From an uncultured Nitrososphaeraceae archaeon (GTDB taxonomy: Archaea; Thermoproteota; Nitrososphaeria; Nitrososphaerales; Nitrososphaeraceae): a DNA stretch of 64,000 bases. The notes under the pieces were generated by a model. The model was given only the letters and a program-made list of their open reading frames with translations, was not told where the DNA came from and searched no databases. Location of the stretch: assembly GCA_963825865.1 (NCBI GenBank), contig CAWGVG010000014.1, positions 1-64,000 of the forward strand, given 5' to 3'. A program made the position numbers and the translations under genes. This document shows, piece by piece, positions 1 through 11,645 of the stretch. Position 1 is the stretch's first letter. Each line of letters starts with the position of its first letter.

Positions 1-1052
1 AGACCTGTTGCGTAATTGAAAGCCTACAGCTATATTCTACAAGGTACTGCATATACTCGATGCTATTTTGATGTCTTATGCTAGACTATCGAAGAGGCCT
101 TTCTCATTTAGATCGTTTACTGGACTGGCTGTATCAGAATTTGATGTTATTGCCAAAGATATAGAATCAAAATATGATCAACACGAAAGAAAGCGACTTT
201 CTAGAAGGAAGAGAGAAAGGAAAGTAGGTGCTGGTAGACCATTCAAACTAAAAGTTAAAGAAAGATTCTTGATACTTTTAGTGTATTATAGGCTGTACAT
301 AACGTATACACTTTCAGGATTTCTGTTTGACCTTGACCAGAGTAATGTTTGTAGGGATATATGCATGTTAGAACCTCTTGTTAAACGGTGTATCCCGTTG
401 CCAAAGAAGTTGTATAAACGTTCCAGAAGGCTTAGGACTATAGATGAAGTAGAAGGAGGACTTTCCCGGTTTCAAGGCTTTCATAGACTCTTCCGAACAA
501 GAGATCCCAAGGCCAAAGAACAAGAGAAAGAGAAAGAGCTATTACTCTGGCAAAAAGAAGAAACATACTATCAAGACACAATATATGGTAAACGGTGAAG
601 GTACCATACTGCACAAAACAGGTCATGATAGGGGAAGAATACATGATTATGAGATTTTCAAAAATAAACATCCTACGACTCCACCGCAAGTTGAGAATAT
701 CCTTGACCTTGGCTACATGGGTGTTCAGAATGATTTTCCCACTGTAAAGTATGTATTGCCATTTAGAAAGAAAAGGAAAAGTGAACTCACAGATGGAGAA
801 AAGAGACATAATAGAAAGCATTCCAAACTAAGGATAATAGTCGAGCATACTGTAAGCAGAATTAAAAAGTTCGGAATAACGGGTACTAAATTTAGAAATA
901 GGCTTGGAAGATATGATCATGCTTCTGACATTGTTTCAGGATTGGTAAATTTCAGAATAATGATGCGAACTAATGGCATGTTACTCTAAAAGCAGACAGA
1001 TCAGGATTTACCATCGTAAAGAGATTTTCTTTCGTAATTACGCAATACATCT
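1..1052 (+). mobile_element. IS5-family insertion sequence (HTH + DDE transposase), copy 1
   Basis: Imperfect 17-bp terminal inverted repeats (AGACCTGTTGCGTAATT at 1-17; AATTACGCAATACATCT at 1036-1052) enclose a transposase; clearly homologous to the element at 10213-11259. Confidence 0.9.
68..989 (+). CDS. IS5-family transposase, split by a +1 frameshift near 457-461
   Basis: N-terminal FRSFTGL...GAGRPFKL...LFDLDQSNVCR HTH region; C-terminal DLGYMG and RIIVEH DDE motifs. Confidence 0.88.
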
Positions 1053-1921
1053 AATGAGTCTCATTGCTGTTATTCCTTACTTCTTTGGGCTAGTAATCCC
1101 ATCCTTTCCTTTCTTCTTTTGAGGACGTTGACGTTGTTGTTGAATTTGACGGTGCACTTGTCTTTGTAATTGTGGAAGAAATACATAGGAAAACAATTGC
1201 CATTGCCTACCAGTGCTTAGCTAGTTGACCTGTTTTTTCAATATATGACAATGTTGTGTAAACTATTACGATTTTCTTGTATAGTCACATCTCATAAGGT
1301 TACAATATTGTTGACAATTCCTTATGTAAAATCTGAATATAAACTGCTTCATGGAGCGTGACTACCTTACAATATCGTCGGCAGCTTATGTAAGTATGAC
1401 TTTTATTCCTTATGAAAAACTATAATTCAAAGAAAAGAATTAGAATGTCAATTTGTGATGTATTATTGCAAGTTGCATCCAAAATCTTGAAGATATGGTG
1501 ATTAGAGCCAAGGTTCGTGGTATATCATGATTTTAACATGGTAGTCAAATGAGAGTAATACACGAGATTAGAGATATACTTGGTTCAGAAAGAATCCAAA
1601 TCACGTACTCCAATTGATGGAATCAGATTCTACATATGGCAAACTTAAACACGTGGCACCCGTAGCAAAGTATTCTGAAACGCCCTCATACTATGAAATT
1701 CCAGTTGTTCCTCTTGGAGCTCATCAACCAATATGGTAGTTACAAGGAAGAAGTCTTCTGGCTGTAACGACGCATGCAAATCGCTGCATCAATATCGAAA
1801 ATATCTCGCCAAGAAAGATGATTATATAGGAATAAAAAAGAGAATAGAATCTTTACTTATCAGTGGTTAATGGCTGCCAGACCCCTCTCATATTAGTTCC
1901 AGGACGCACTATCGTTTGCGT

Positions 1922-2200
1922 TTATGTTACTGTGTTTGTTATAGTACATGTCTGGTGTTCGCCTGCACTTATGGTACCAGTAGCAGTTCCTTTTATGTTA
2001 GCTTCCGTACAATCACCTGCGAAGGAGGTTACAATGCCAAGTCCTTGTATTTCCGTTACTGTATAGCTTCCTGCACCCAATGTAACAAGTTGACTTTCTC
2101 CAGGAGCAAGAGAGAATATAGATATTTGACGGCTATTGCCTGTTATCTCTATTGAAAACACAATGTCTTCACAGTTTGTACATATTTTTTTAAGTAGCAA
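1922..2200 (-). pseudogene. Fragment of a secreted prealbumin/Ig-like repeat protein
   Basis: GSYTVTE...FAGDC...GEHQTCTITN pattern typical of thaumarchaeal surface-protein repeats; upstream part is broken. Confidence 0.45.
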
Positions 2201-2298
2201 GGTTCCTGTTGGCTGGGGCGTTGGAGTTGACGTTGATGTTGGAGTTGATATAGCTCCATCTTCTGGACAAGTCGCATTGTTGCCTGGATGAGGACATA

Positions 2299-2546
2299 TC
2301 AGGTTTTCACATTCTTGCTCTGTTGTGTATCAAATCCACTTACTGACCCGTATTTTTGCATTTTTCGATGGTAACCGTGTTGCCATTCTTTACTATTTTC
2401 CTTGTCTCTTCCTCCTTTCTTTTGTTGATAAGCAAATGCGGTTGTTGCTGATGATGCAAATGTTCTCCTACTACTAATGTTGCTGCTATTAAGATAGCAG
2501 CTATTGCCGTTAGAGTTTTCGTGTTGTTCATAATATTCGTTACCAC
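2299..2546 (-). pseudogene. Small secreted protein, frameshifted
   Basis: Signal-peptide-like MNNTKTLTAIAAILIAATLVVG, continuing in another frame (ATTAFAYQQKK). Confidence 0.45.
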
Positions 2547-2923
2547 GCATTACAATCATTCTATATATTTGACTTGAGTAAGTTAATGCTGATTTATTTG
2601 ATATGATTTATTGCTGACTTATTTTGTATAACTATTCAGTATATCAAATGAGGTGAAATTATTCATTTATCTAATATTAGTATAATATAGCAATCTCATA
2701 TTACTATGAAATAGATACAAAGAATGTAAGTTTATAAAATATTATCCTATTTCAATGTATGATTTTGATTAGCAATTGTGCATTCCAATTCGATAGATAT
2801 ATTGTTCTAATACATACAGAAAGAAAAGTTAATCAATATACACAATATAATACTATAATAATTTAATACAATCTGCTATCTAAAACCTTTTAGCTATGGG
2901 TGTAGTACATTGTATTAGTATGT

Positions 2924-3163
2924 ATGTGTAGGACAAGTAATACTATTGCTGCTGATACGATGGATATGACTGTAAAACTTGGAATTACTTTACCTAAGTC
3001 GATAATACAGAAAATCGACACTAAACGTGGCGATATTCCTAGGAGCAGGTATATTCGGAGGGCGATTGAAAGATATCTTGTTAGTAATAGTAGTAAAGAC
3101 ATAGACAGTATTGACAACTACAACAAAGCGGGAGCAGTCTCCAAAAGGAGGAGGGGAAACTAG
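2924..3163 (+). CDS. Small ribbon-helix-helix (CopG-like) DNA-binding protein
   Basis: VKLGITLPKSIIQKID...RSRYIRRAIERYL matches the RHH pattern. Confidence 0.7.
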   Translation: MCRTSNTIAADTMDMTVKLGITLPKSIIQKIDTKRGDIPRSRYIRRAIERYLVSNSSKDIDSIDNYNKAGAVSKRRRGN

Positions 3164-3585
3164 GAAAATGAGTGGCATTGAGAGTTACATTATGCCTACA
3201 CTTACATTATGCATATATTTGACAGAATTCGTATTTGGTACTTTATCATACTCGATAGAATCCTCTGCCATTGCGTTTTTTATAAATGGAGCAAGCAGGT
3301 TGATAATCCAAAGTATATGTTCTCAGAATATTATTAGAGAATCTAATTATTATTGCTGATTTGTCACTATAACTTTACATAAGTTGATATATGTTGGCGT
3401 AGAGTAGTAAAATATAGAAAATAATATGGGGATGAGGACAATTATTAACTAAGGTATGCACAACCATTATACAAGGTGAAAAGGATTGTTATTATTCTCC
3501 TATTTTAGATAATGACAATTTTTATGATTCTCATAATAATAACAATCAACAGCACTACTATGTAATATGAACGGATCAATGGAGA

Positions 3586-3620
3586 ATAAAGCTCTAAGCT
3601 TTCAATTACGCAAGAGGTCT
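3586..3620 (-). mobile_element. Solo left end of the IS5 family present at 1 and 10213
   Basis: Reverse complement AGACCTCTTGCGTAATTGAAAGCTTAGAGCTTTAT aligns with both IS left ends; no transposase follows. Confidence 0.75.
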
Positions 3621-3786
3621 ATTGTATATGCATTATTGGCGTAATGTGAAAGCTAGCCACATTGAAAATTAAATCAGCATTCATTCTGTGACAGTTTTGA
3701 GTAAATTCATATCACTTATGTGTCAATCTACAGCAGGCACCACCAACTTTATTATATGTAAAAGTCATACCTTGCAACGTCAGGTC

Positions 3787-4157
3787 TTGGCAAAGCTCGT
3801 TGAAATGGATGAAAAAATAACACTCTCAGAGCAAATGGAAGAAAAAAACGTTGGCCCCGTTATTCTGATTAATAAATTCAATGTGAAACCTGAGGATGTA
3901 GATGGATTCCCAAGAGCATGGGGAGCAGAAGCTGAAATCATGAAGTAGAGCCTGGGTTCATTTCCACACAGCTTCATCGCGGGATTGCCGGGAGCTGTGT
4001 ATTCATCAACTATGCAATTTGGGAGTCTACCGAACACTATAAGCACGCCGTTAACAATCCAGAGTTTCAGTCTATGCTAGCAAAACATCCGGCCAGTACA
4101 ATGGCATCCCCTCATCTCTTCAAGAAAGTTGCGGTTCCCGGGATCTGTGTGGAATAA
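3787..4157 (+). CDS. Antibiotic biosynthesis monooxygenase (ABM)-family protein, interrupted near 3946
   Basis: GPVILINKFNVKPED then PGFISTQLHRGIAGSCVFINYAIWES in the shifted frame. Confidence 0.8.
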
Positions 4158-4507
4158 ATACATCTAAAGTTCTAACATCTATAGATGCCTTTGGTTTAGC
4201 TTGGAGCAGTATAGTTATGTATGATTTACTACTACGCTAATGGAGTAACTGTACTCACTTGGTTAGCCATGATAGCAGAACTATAACCGACTGGAGAAAA
4301 TCAATTTTGAGAGTGATAAGGCAAAGGCAAGCTGTTCAGCGATCATCTTATTGGCTATGGCATGATAATGATAATAATAAAAAAACAAGTACCTTGAAAA
4401 TAAGAAATTAGAACACAAAAAAATAATCCAATAATAATAAAAAAGCTGTTTCCACTACTCATCATCTCTTTCTTTCAAAAAGAAAGAGTAGTGTATATCG
4501 ATCGATT

Positions 4508-6118
4508 TTATGCAGTTCCTTTCAGGAAGAGTATTTCCCAGTTTCCAGAGGTATTATCTTGCCATACCACATACATGTTGTCTCCAGAGGATATAATCAT
4601 TGGATCGAATGACAATCCAGCATTGTTACTTAGGTTTCTTATAGTTCCAAAAGTTATACCATTGTCTCCACTTGCCCTGAACAACACATCGTCTTGTCCT
4701 CGTGTTCCAAAAGTATCATCTTGCCAGACGATACGAACCGCTGTGCCAGATCTAGATATCTGTGGATTAGATGACTCGCCAGGGTTGTTACTTATATTTT
4801 TGGTAGTGCCAAAGCTTGCTCCACTATTTGTACTTCTACTAAATAAGATGTCGTCAGGTGTTCCAGCACCTCCAGGTGTATCCCTCCATACCACATACAC
4901 ATTGCTTTCGATTACTTTCATCTTTGGGTCAATTGAATATCCAGCATTGTTACTAAGATTTACAATATCCCTAAAGCTTGCCCCGTTGTCTGTACTACTC
5001 CTAAAGAATACCTCTACACTTTTTGTATCGAATAACGAAAGATCGCTCCAAACAAGGTACACGTTGTTTCCATCTGCAATTATATTTCCAAGAATTGAAG
5101 CTTCATGGTTGTTGTTTATGCTGATTGGAGCGCTAAAGCTACCTCCATTATTGGTACTTCGTATAAAGAATATTTCTGTTCTATCTTCAGATCCATCCTG
5201 ACCAGCTATATACACATTGCTTCCAGCTGCTGCTATCTGTGGACTTATGTCTTCAACTCCAGGACTTATTATCTTTACACTTCCAAAGCTACCTCCATTA
5301 TTATTACTTGCTCTGAAGAATAGTTGAGTTTGATCGATGCTACTGCCGGTTCCTACAGTTATATCTCCCCACACTACATACACATAATTTCCGCTTGCTG
5401 CTATCTGTGGAGCATTAGAGTTATGAGGATCCATGCTAAGGTTTACTGCACTTGTAAAAGTGGCTCCATTATCTGCACTTCTTTTAAAGAATACATCATG
5501 ATTACCATAATCTTGCCATACTATGTATAAATTGCTTCCAGATTTGGCAATACTTGGTTCTGCGGAATCTCCCACATCATTGCTCAAGTTTACAGTAGTA
5601 TCAAAAGTATTTCCTCCATCAGTACTTCTTCTAAATAATATGTCCCCAGCTCCAGCAGGAGTAGTTTGGTCAACCCATACTACATATACGATATTGCCAG
5701 ATACGTCTACTAATGGATCACGTGAGTCTCCAGCATTATTGCTTAGGTTCTTTATGCCTCCAAAGGTTATTGCGCTCATCACCTGTGGTAATGAGGATGG
5801 AGAACTCGGCTGCACACCAGTAGTAATAGTGGGAGTACTGGTAACTGTATTGTTAATAGTGGGAGTAGTAGAACCAGCAGGCTTTATTTGACTTAAAAGT
5901 GGACTGGTTGGCGTGGGTGTAGTTGTTGTCGTTAATAACTTGGACGTAGTGTTATTAGCAAATTTGGTTGTTGGTGGCAGTGTTGTTGTAGTCGATGGTG
6001 ATGATGATGATCCTATTGCTAGTGCTATTGGCATTGTAGTTGATGTTGCTATTACAACTATTGCTAATATTGCAAAAAGTGCTAAAGATGTAAACATTTC
6101 TATCTGTGTCACGATCAA
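4508..6118 (-). CDS. Secreted BNR/Asp-box (sialidase-like) beta-propeller protein with Thr/Pro-rich linker
   Basis: Signal peptide, S/T/P-rich stretch, repeated SxDxGxxF Asp-boxes and VYVVW motifs. Confidence 0.85.
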   Translation of the reverse strand: MIVTQIEMFTSLALFAILAIVVIATSTTMPIALAIGSSSSPSTTTTLPPTTKFANNTTSKLLTTTTTPTPTSPLLSQIKPAGSTTPTINNTVTSTPTITTGVQPSSPSSLPQVMSAITFGGIKNLSNNAGDSRDPLVDVSGNIVYVVWVDQTTPAGAGDILFRRSTDGGNTFDTTVNLSNDVGDSAEPSIAKSGSNLYIVWQDYGNHDVFFKRSADNGATFTSAVNLSMDPHNSNAPQIAASGNYVYVVWGDITVGTGSSIDQTQLFFRASNNNGGSFGSVKIISPGVEDISPQIAAAGSNVYIAGQDGSEDRTEIFFIRSTNNGGSFSAPISINNNHEASILGNIIADGNNVYLVWSDLSLFDTKSVEVFFRSSTDNGASFRDIVNLSNNAGYSIDPKMKVIESNVYVVWRDTPGGAGTPDDILFSRSTNSGASFGTTKNISNNPGESSNPQISRSGTAVRIVWQDDTFGTRGQDDVLFRASGDNGITFGTIRNLSNNAGLSFDPMIISSGDNMYVVWQDNTSGNWEILFLKGTA

Positions 6119-6546
6119 CTGATCTAAATTTTAAAAGTTACTCACAACAAAGTATGAGTTTTATAAAAAAACTTTGAGAAAAAGATATATATACGAAAGA
6201 AATGCATGTTAAACCTGGAAATTATGCTGCTTTAATCTCAAAAAAGCAAAACCAGAACGCAATCTAATCTATATTTAAAATACCAGAATGTCTTCCTGTG
6301 TTTTTAATTTTTGATTTTTATGTCATCTAGGCAGATGATTGGAAGTCCAGTCGCACAAATGCAGGAATTCCACTCGATCTGTCTGCATGATAATAAAAAA
6401 TAACACGGCATGGAAGTACATGGATATACAGAACAATCATGGAATGAAGAAGTTGCAAATAATGGCGAGCATTTTCGCAAGCTGAATAAAAAAGAATGGC
6501 TAGCCAGCTAAATTCTTTTTTATTATTTTTGATTTTGACTTTTTAT

Positions 6547-6783
6547 TTACCTTGTTGTAACATACTCCAATCTTACAAACGATGGTGTTCCACTCATTGC
6601 CGATTTTGGTGCTTTAATGTTAAAGACTCCAGATTGAAATGACTTTAGCATTACAGGGCTGATTGGTACCTGTCGCAGTCCTCCGACGTTATTGCCGTTG
6701 ATATCGTAGAAACGAGCTACAACCTGCACATTACCTAGAGTCTTTCCTGCTGCTGGCTTGGCAACATTCCGCTTATTATCCAC
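6547..6783 (-). pseudogene. FxLYD-domain protein remnant
   Basis: NVQVVARFYDINGNNVG motif; upstream sequence is degraded. Confidence 0.55.
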
Positions 6784-7142
6784 GTTCTTCCGGTTGCATA
6801 TAGTTTGGTTACCAGGTTAAATGTCTTGAACTGGTTCTGAGTAGCTACGCAGGCAGTGTCCCTGCAATACCACAAACCTGTGCCGTGTCGATCAACAACA
6901 GGAAGGTTGGAGTCTTTTGTCCTTTCAATAACCCCTGGAAGTGGGTTAGTATAAAGTTCCTGACCGCTATTTCGATGTTTGTGCGGCGAACTTCTGTCGT
7001 CTTCTTTATTACGTTAATGACTATGTTCGTATAAACGCCGTTCTTGTCACGATGTCGTTCAGATCATATAACACATATGAGTCACAGTAGAAAAGTTGCA
7101 TAATCGCTTATATATGTAGATGAATCGATATCGGATTTGCAA

Positions 7143-8301
7143 ATGAATGATAATATGTGTAATAAAAAGCAAACGGAAATAATAAATTTATTTCTTCAAG
7201 CACTCTACACTGAGCCTGAAATAGATGCTATCAAAGTAGGTCAAGAAATAAAAAAGATTATAGGAGAATCTGGAAGGTTAAATGATTTAATTTCGCCTAT
7301 CGATGTAGATGGTATCTACGTTGATCTCAGGAACCAAAAATCACTAAAAGCAATTTCTGATGACGAAGTCAGGAAATATGTAGAAATACAACTTTTTATT
7401 ACAAAGAAATTTGGATTTTACTTTCCTATCTATCGATTGATCGACTATCCTGATAACTATCAGATAGGATATTGTATCGTAAAGCAGTTTAACAGCTTAC
7501 CACCTTTTTGTACAGAAATCTTTTGAAAACTATTGGAGAGAAGAGCTTGAGGTTAATGGTAGCCTTTCAGAATATGCTAGGGAGCATATAAATCTTCTAC
7601 AAAAATCTGTTTTCCTTTATATTTTCAGAGGCCAATACACCAATTAAAGCAGAGTATAATGCTATCGCAAGCATAGAATTTTCTCTAAATGTGCCCAGAT
7701 TAATACATAATGTGAACATTTCTTTGAAAGAATACTGCTATTATATAGAAGGCGAAAATATGGCAAATATAGCTATCGTATCAAAACATTTTTTCGATTT
7801 TTTTGTTTCTTCATATGATCCAAAGACTAACGATTGGTTAATGAAACTGAGTTCTATAGTTACACATCAGAATAATAATGAAATTGAGAAAAAGCTTTGG
7901 AATGCCTTGCGTTTGTTGGGCGTTGCGACATCAATTGACTATCCCGACGTGAAGTTTACTCTTTTAGCGTCTGCACTTGAGGCATTAGTTATGACTGGAT
8001 CTGATAAAGACAATATTGGTTATAAGTTAGCAGAAAGGATAGCATTTTTGATAGCCATACCAGACCAAAGGTTGAAAAGTATAATAAAAGATCTCGTTTC
8101 GTCCACCAAGATGAAAAACAAGAAATAATCACAGAATCAGATTGCAGAAAATTAGAAAATATTGCAATTGATACATTTATGAAAATTTATGAGCTGAAGG
8201 AAAAAGGGTACATACAGTTTAACATAAAGGAAAACAAGCTTTCAGTATTGGATTATATCAACAAACTGAAATTCTCAAAGGACGAGGAGCATTTACACTA
8301 A
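7143..8301 (+). CDS. Apea/MAE_28990-like HEPN-domain protein, frameshifted
   Basis: SALEALV...YKLAERIAFL, then YNKRSRFVHQ (Rx4H, 8089-8106) in the next frame, open to TAA at 8301. Confidence 0.7.
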
Positions 8302-8396
8302 AAAGAAAGTGACGAGCAGAGGAGTAGCGGCGATACTTCTACTAATCATTGAAAAATATTGCAAACTATGCCAATCACTGGTTTTCATCACGAGTC

Positions 8397-8696
8397 TTAA
8401 AAGTATACTAGTTGAAAGAACTTAGCTGAATCAATGCTTGCTTCTCCGGAGAACTTAGCTCCAGAGAAATCTACTTGTTGGAACCCAGCATCTGAAAAAT
8501 ACACTGGTTTAGTAAAATCTCCCTCAATTTTTATATCTGGAAGATAATAGGCTATGCGCAATAATGCCTTGTTGTGAGCTATGCTATCAGTTACTTTATC
8601 TATTAGTCTTTTGGTGACTTGCTTTTTTCGCTCTAAAAAGTTATTTTTGTATTGAAGGTAGTTATTGTCATGGAAAATACAGAAACCAGTATCCAA
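8397..8696 (-). pseudogene. Truncated pentapeptide-repeat protein
   Basis: N-terminal FCIFH motif and a few xFxxA repeats (FSDAGFQQVDFSGAKFSGEA), then an abrupt stop. Confidence 0.65.
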
Positions 8697-8860
8697 AGCT
8701 CTGTAGCAGTAGTTGATTCGCTTCTGTTCGACTTTGGTAAACTATCCGCTTTTTGCATACTTATGCAATCCCAGCTGGTGTTTCTCTTTGAGATATATAC
8801 AAATAACAACAAACCACTGACTTTGCTGTTACTATGCGAATATATGTTAGTGAGCGCGAG

Positions 8861-10035
8861 CTATGTACAAAATTCGGGCTTTCCGATCACTTTGCATATT
8901 ATTTGTTTAAACAGTCTAGGATAGAAATAATTTATTTCAGTTTCTAATCTTAATATGACATAAGCTTTATCAACTTCACCACTGTCAAGTGCGTCACGTA
9001 CTTTCTCCAAAAGGAAGTAAAGATCATAATGAAAATTAAAATTTTTTGCCCTCCTTAACGAAGTAATCGTTCTGACAGAAATTTCTTCTACTTTTCGCTT
9101 CTTTATAACAAATTGCGTTTTTTCTCTCGTTGATTGTACCTGAATTTTCTAAGTCGGAAAACATTCTAAAAGAGGCCAGGAAGCATGGAGCAGCTTCAAA
9201 CAATAAAGAATAAAAATTATCAAACTTTTTTTGATTTTTGGCCATTTCAACAAATATCTTTCCTTTGTTCTGAAGACCTTCAGCAACAGCTGACAGTTCG
9301 TTCTTTAGTCCTTGCTACATTATGGAAAACAATATCGAGCGGAGCACGGTGTAAATTATTAACAAAAAGGTTGAAGTAAGAAAAACAATCTAATTCATTA
9401 CCTCTTGAATAAATTAAATTCATTATTCTAGAATAAGCCAAGAAAAAAGCCAGCGTTGTTGCAGGTAGTCTAAATTCTCTATAATTCTCGAGAAGATTAC
9501 TTGTAAATTTCGTTAAAGCTGTATTCAGCATCTTAGTCTTACGTTTATGTTTACCGATAATTACACTAGCAAAACTTGCTTGTAGACTTGATTGTTGATA
9601 ATATCTAGTAATATCAAAATCGTCTGTATAATAATCACTTAGTAATTTTAGAATAAAATCAAGATTTGTGCTTTTATAAACTGCTCGGTCTATTGTGCGG
9701 AGAATTAGTGAGAGTCCCTTAACTAGTTGGTAGAGTAGATTGTTATGGTTACGTACGTCAATATTGATAACATTTTCAATGTTAATTCCTAGTGGCAATT
9801 TGTCAAAAGATTTCGCTCTTATCATGCGTCCGTTTTCATAGGTTAATTGAGTGTACATTTTTCTATTTGTATACCATGATGTCCCATCATGTCTGATATT
9901 TTTTAATGCTACTAGCTCTGCTGAGTAAGCTTCCTCAGAATCTTTTGGCCCATAGATCATCAATTCACGAAGAATAGAATTGATTTTAAAGAGCAATTGT
10001 TTGGCATCATATTCAGCCACAGTTTTATTATACAT
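8861..10035 (-). CDS. Hypothetical protein of about 390 aa, two frameshifts
   Basis: ORF 9280-10035 continues via ELSAVAEGLQNKGKIFVEMAK (ORF 9036-9245) and HYDLYFLLEK...KPEFCT to TAG at 8861. Confidence 0.55.
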
Positions 10036-10212
10036 GTTTTATCCCAAATTCCTTAAGAATTAATCTACTGATTCTTTTGGATTTTACTTCGGCGTACTTT
10101 TCATCAATTCCTTTGTTCATAAGAAGGATTTTAACGCCTTCAACACCTTTTTGAATATTTTTTTCAATATCATTCCTACTCTGTTCTTTGAGTTGTTTGA
10201 AATCGATATATC

Positions 10213-11259
10213 AGATCTCTTGTGTAATTAGAAGCTTAGAGCTATATTCCTCTTCACATAGGATATCTATCTGACAAGCTCTTTGATGTCCTATAGCAAA
10301 TTATGTAAGAAACCTTTGATATTCAGGTCATTTACCGGAGTAACTGTATCTGAATTTGAATCCATTTGTAACGAAATTGAACATAACTACGAAGAGCACG
10401 AAAGAAGACGTCTTCTATCAAGGACGAGAATACGGGATATAGGTGCTGGTAGACCATTTAAGCTTAAAGTTAAAGAAAGATTCGTTATGCTTCTAGTATA
10501 CTACAGATTATACATTACATATACATTATCAGGATTTCTGTTTGACCTTGATCAAAGCAATGTTTGTAGAGATATATCAATGATGGAACCACTTATCAAG
10601 GAGTGTATTCCATTGCCAAAGAAGATATACAAACGTACTAGGAGATTAAGAACTATAGATGAAGTAGAAGAGGTACTTTCCTGGATTCAAGGCTTTCATA
10701 GACTCTACAGAACAAGAAATTCCAAGACCTAAGAACAAAAGAAGAAGGAAGAGTTACTATTCAGGTAGAAAGAAGAAACATACTGTCAAGACACAATTGA
10801 TGGTAAACAGTGAAGGATTGATACTGCATAAGACAGGTCACAGAAGTGGAAGAAAACATGATTATGACATTTACAAACACAATCATTCTATAACTCCATC
10901 ACAAGTTGAAAACATAGTTGATCTTGGTTATCTTGGCATTGAAAAGGACTTTCCCACTGTAAAGTCTGTACTTCGTATCAAAAAGAAAAAGGGTACATTG
11001 CTTTCATGTGATGAAAGAACTTACAACAAGAATCATTCTAGGCTAAGGATCATAGTAGAACATACCATATGTAAGATCAAAAAGTTTGGAATAATGGGTA
11101 TGAAATTTAGAAACAGATTAAGGAAGTACAATAACGTATCTGATATAATATCCGGTCTCCTGAACTTCAGAGTTATACAGTCTGACAGCATTTCAATCTA
11201 AGAAGACGGCTAAAACAAGTAGGGTGTTAGACTATAGCTGCTAATTACGCAAGAGATCT
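10213..11259 (+). mobile_element. IS5-family insertion sequence, copy 2, with ATC target-site duplication
   Basis: TIRs AGATCTCTTGTGTAATTA / TAATTACGCAAGAGATCT; ATC at 10210-10212 and 11260-11262. Confidence 0.93.
10283..11201 (+). CDS. IS5-family transposase, split by a +1 frameshift near 10672
   Basis: Homologous to 68-989; DLGYLG and RIIVEH motifs. Confidence 0.88.
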
Positions 11260-11592
11260 ATCGTAATGCTTCGTTAACAGCTTTTTTCTGCTCTTCAGAT
11301 TTCATGATGAGGCCGTTCTTGATGATAGCGCTGAGCTTAGACCACCACTTTTTACCAGCATTTGTGATAGGTTCTTCTAGGAAACCTTTGAGGAAACTTG
11401 TGATTAATATCCCTGCTATGGTGAAAATTATATCGACGCCTGTGAGATGAACAACTTCATTTTCTGCGGTAAATGAAACCGTCTCCTCCTCCCCGACCTC
11501 TCTCGAAACGGCGCTATATAGAGAGTCAGTATTAGGTCTGTCTATCATATATGACCGTAAACAATATAGTTAAGGATTATTATGAGTTTCTG

Positions 11593-11645
11593 GGCTAAGT
11601 AGAAACCATAGATTATTTTAATAAGATTTGTTAATCTGTGCATAT
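11593..11645 (-). mobile_element. Solo right end of an IS related to the element at 12344
   Basis: GGCTAAGTAGAAACCAT...GTTAATCTGTG aligns with GGTTCAGTAGAAACCAT...GTTAATCTGTG at 12344. Confidence 0.6.

Larger units (their letters stand above)
10028..11548 (-). pseudogene. Protein of about 156 aa with a hydrophobic helix, disrupted by the IS5 copy at 10213-11259
   Basis: Removing the IS and one ATC duplication restores ...VNEALR-YIDFKQLKEQ...EFGIKHV*; its stop overlaps the start of the next gene. Confidence 0.8.

Noticed and set aside
4491-6122. Plus-strand ORFs of 69-236 aa
   Set aside because: Antisense shadows of the BNR repeat gene.
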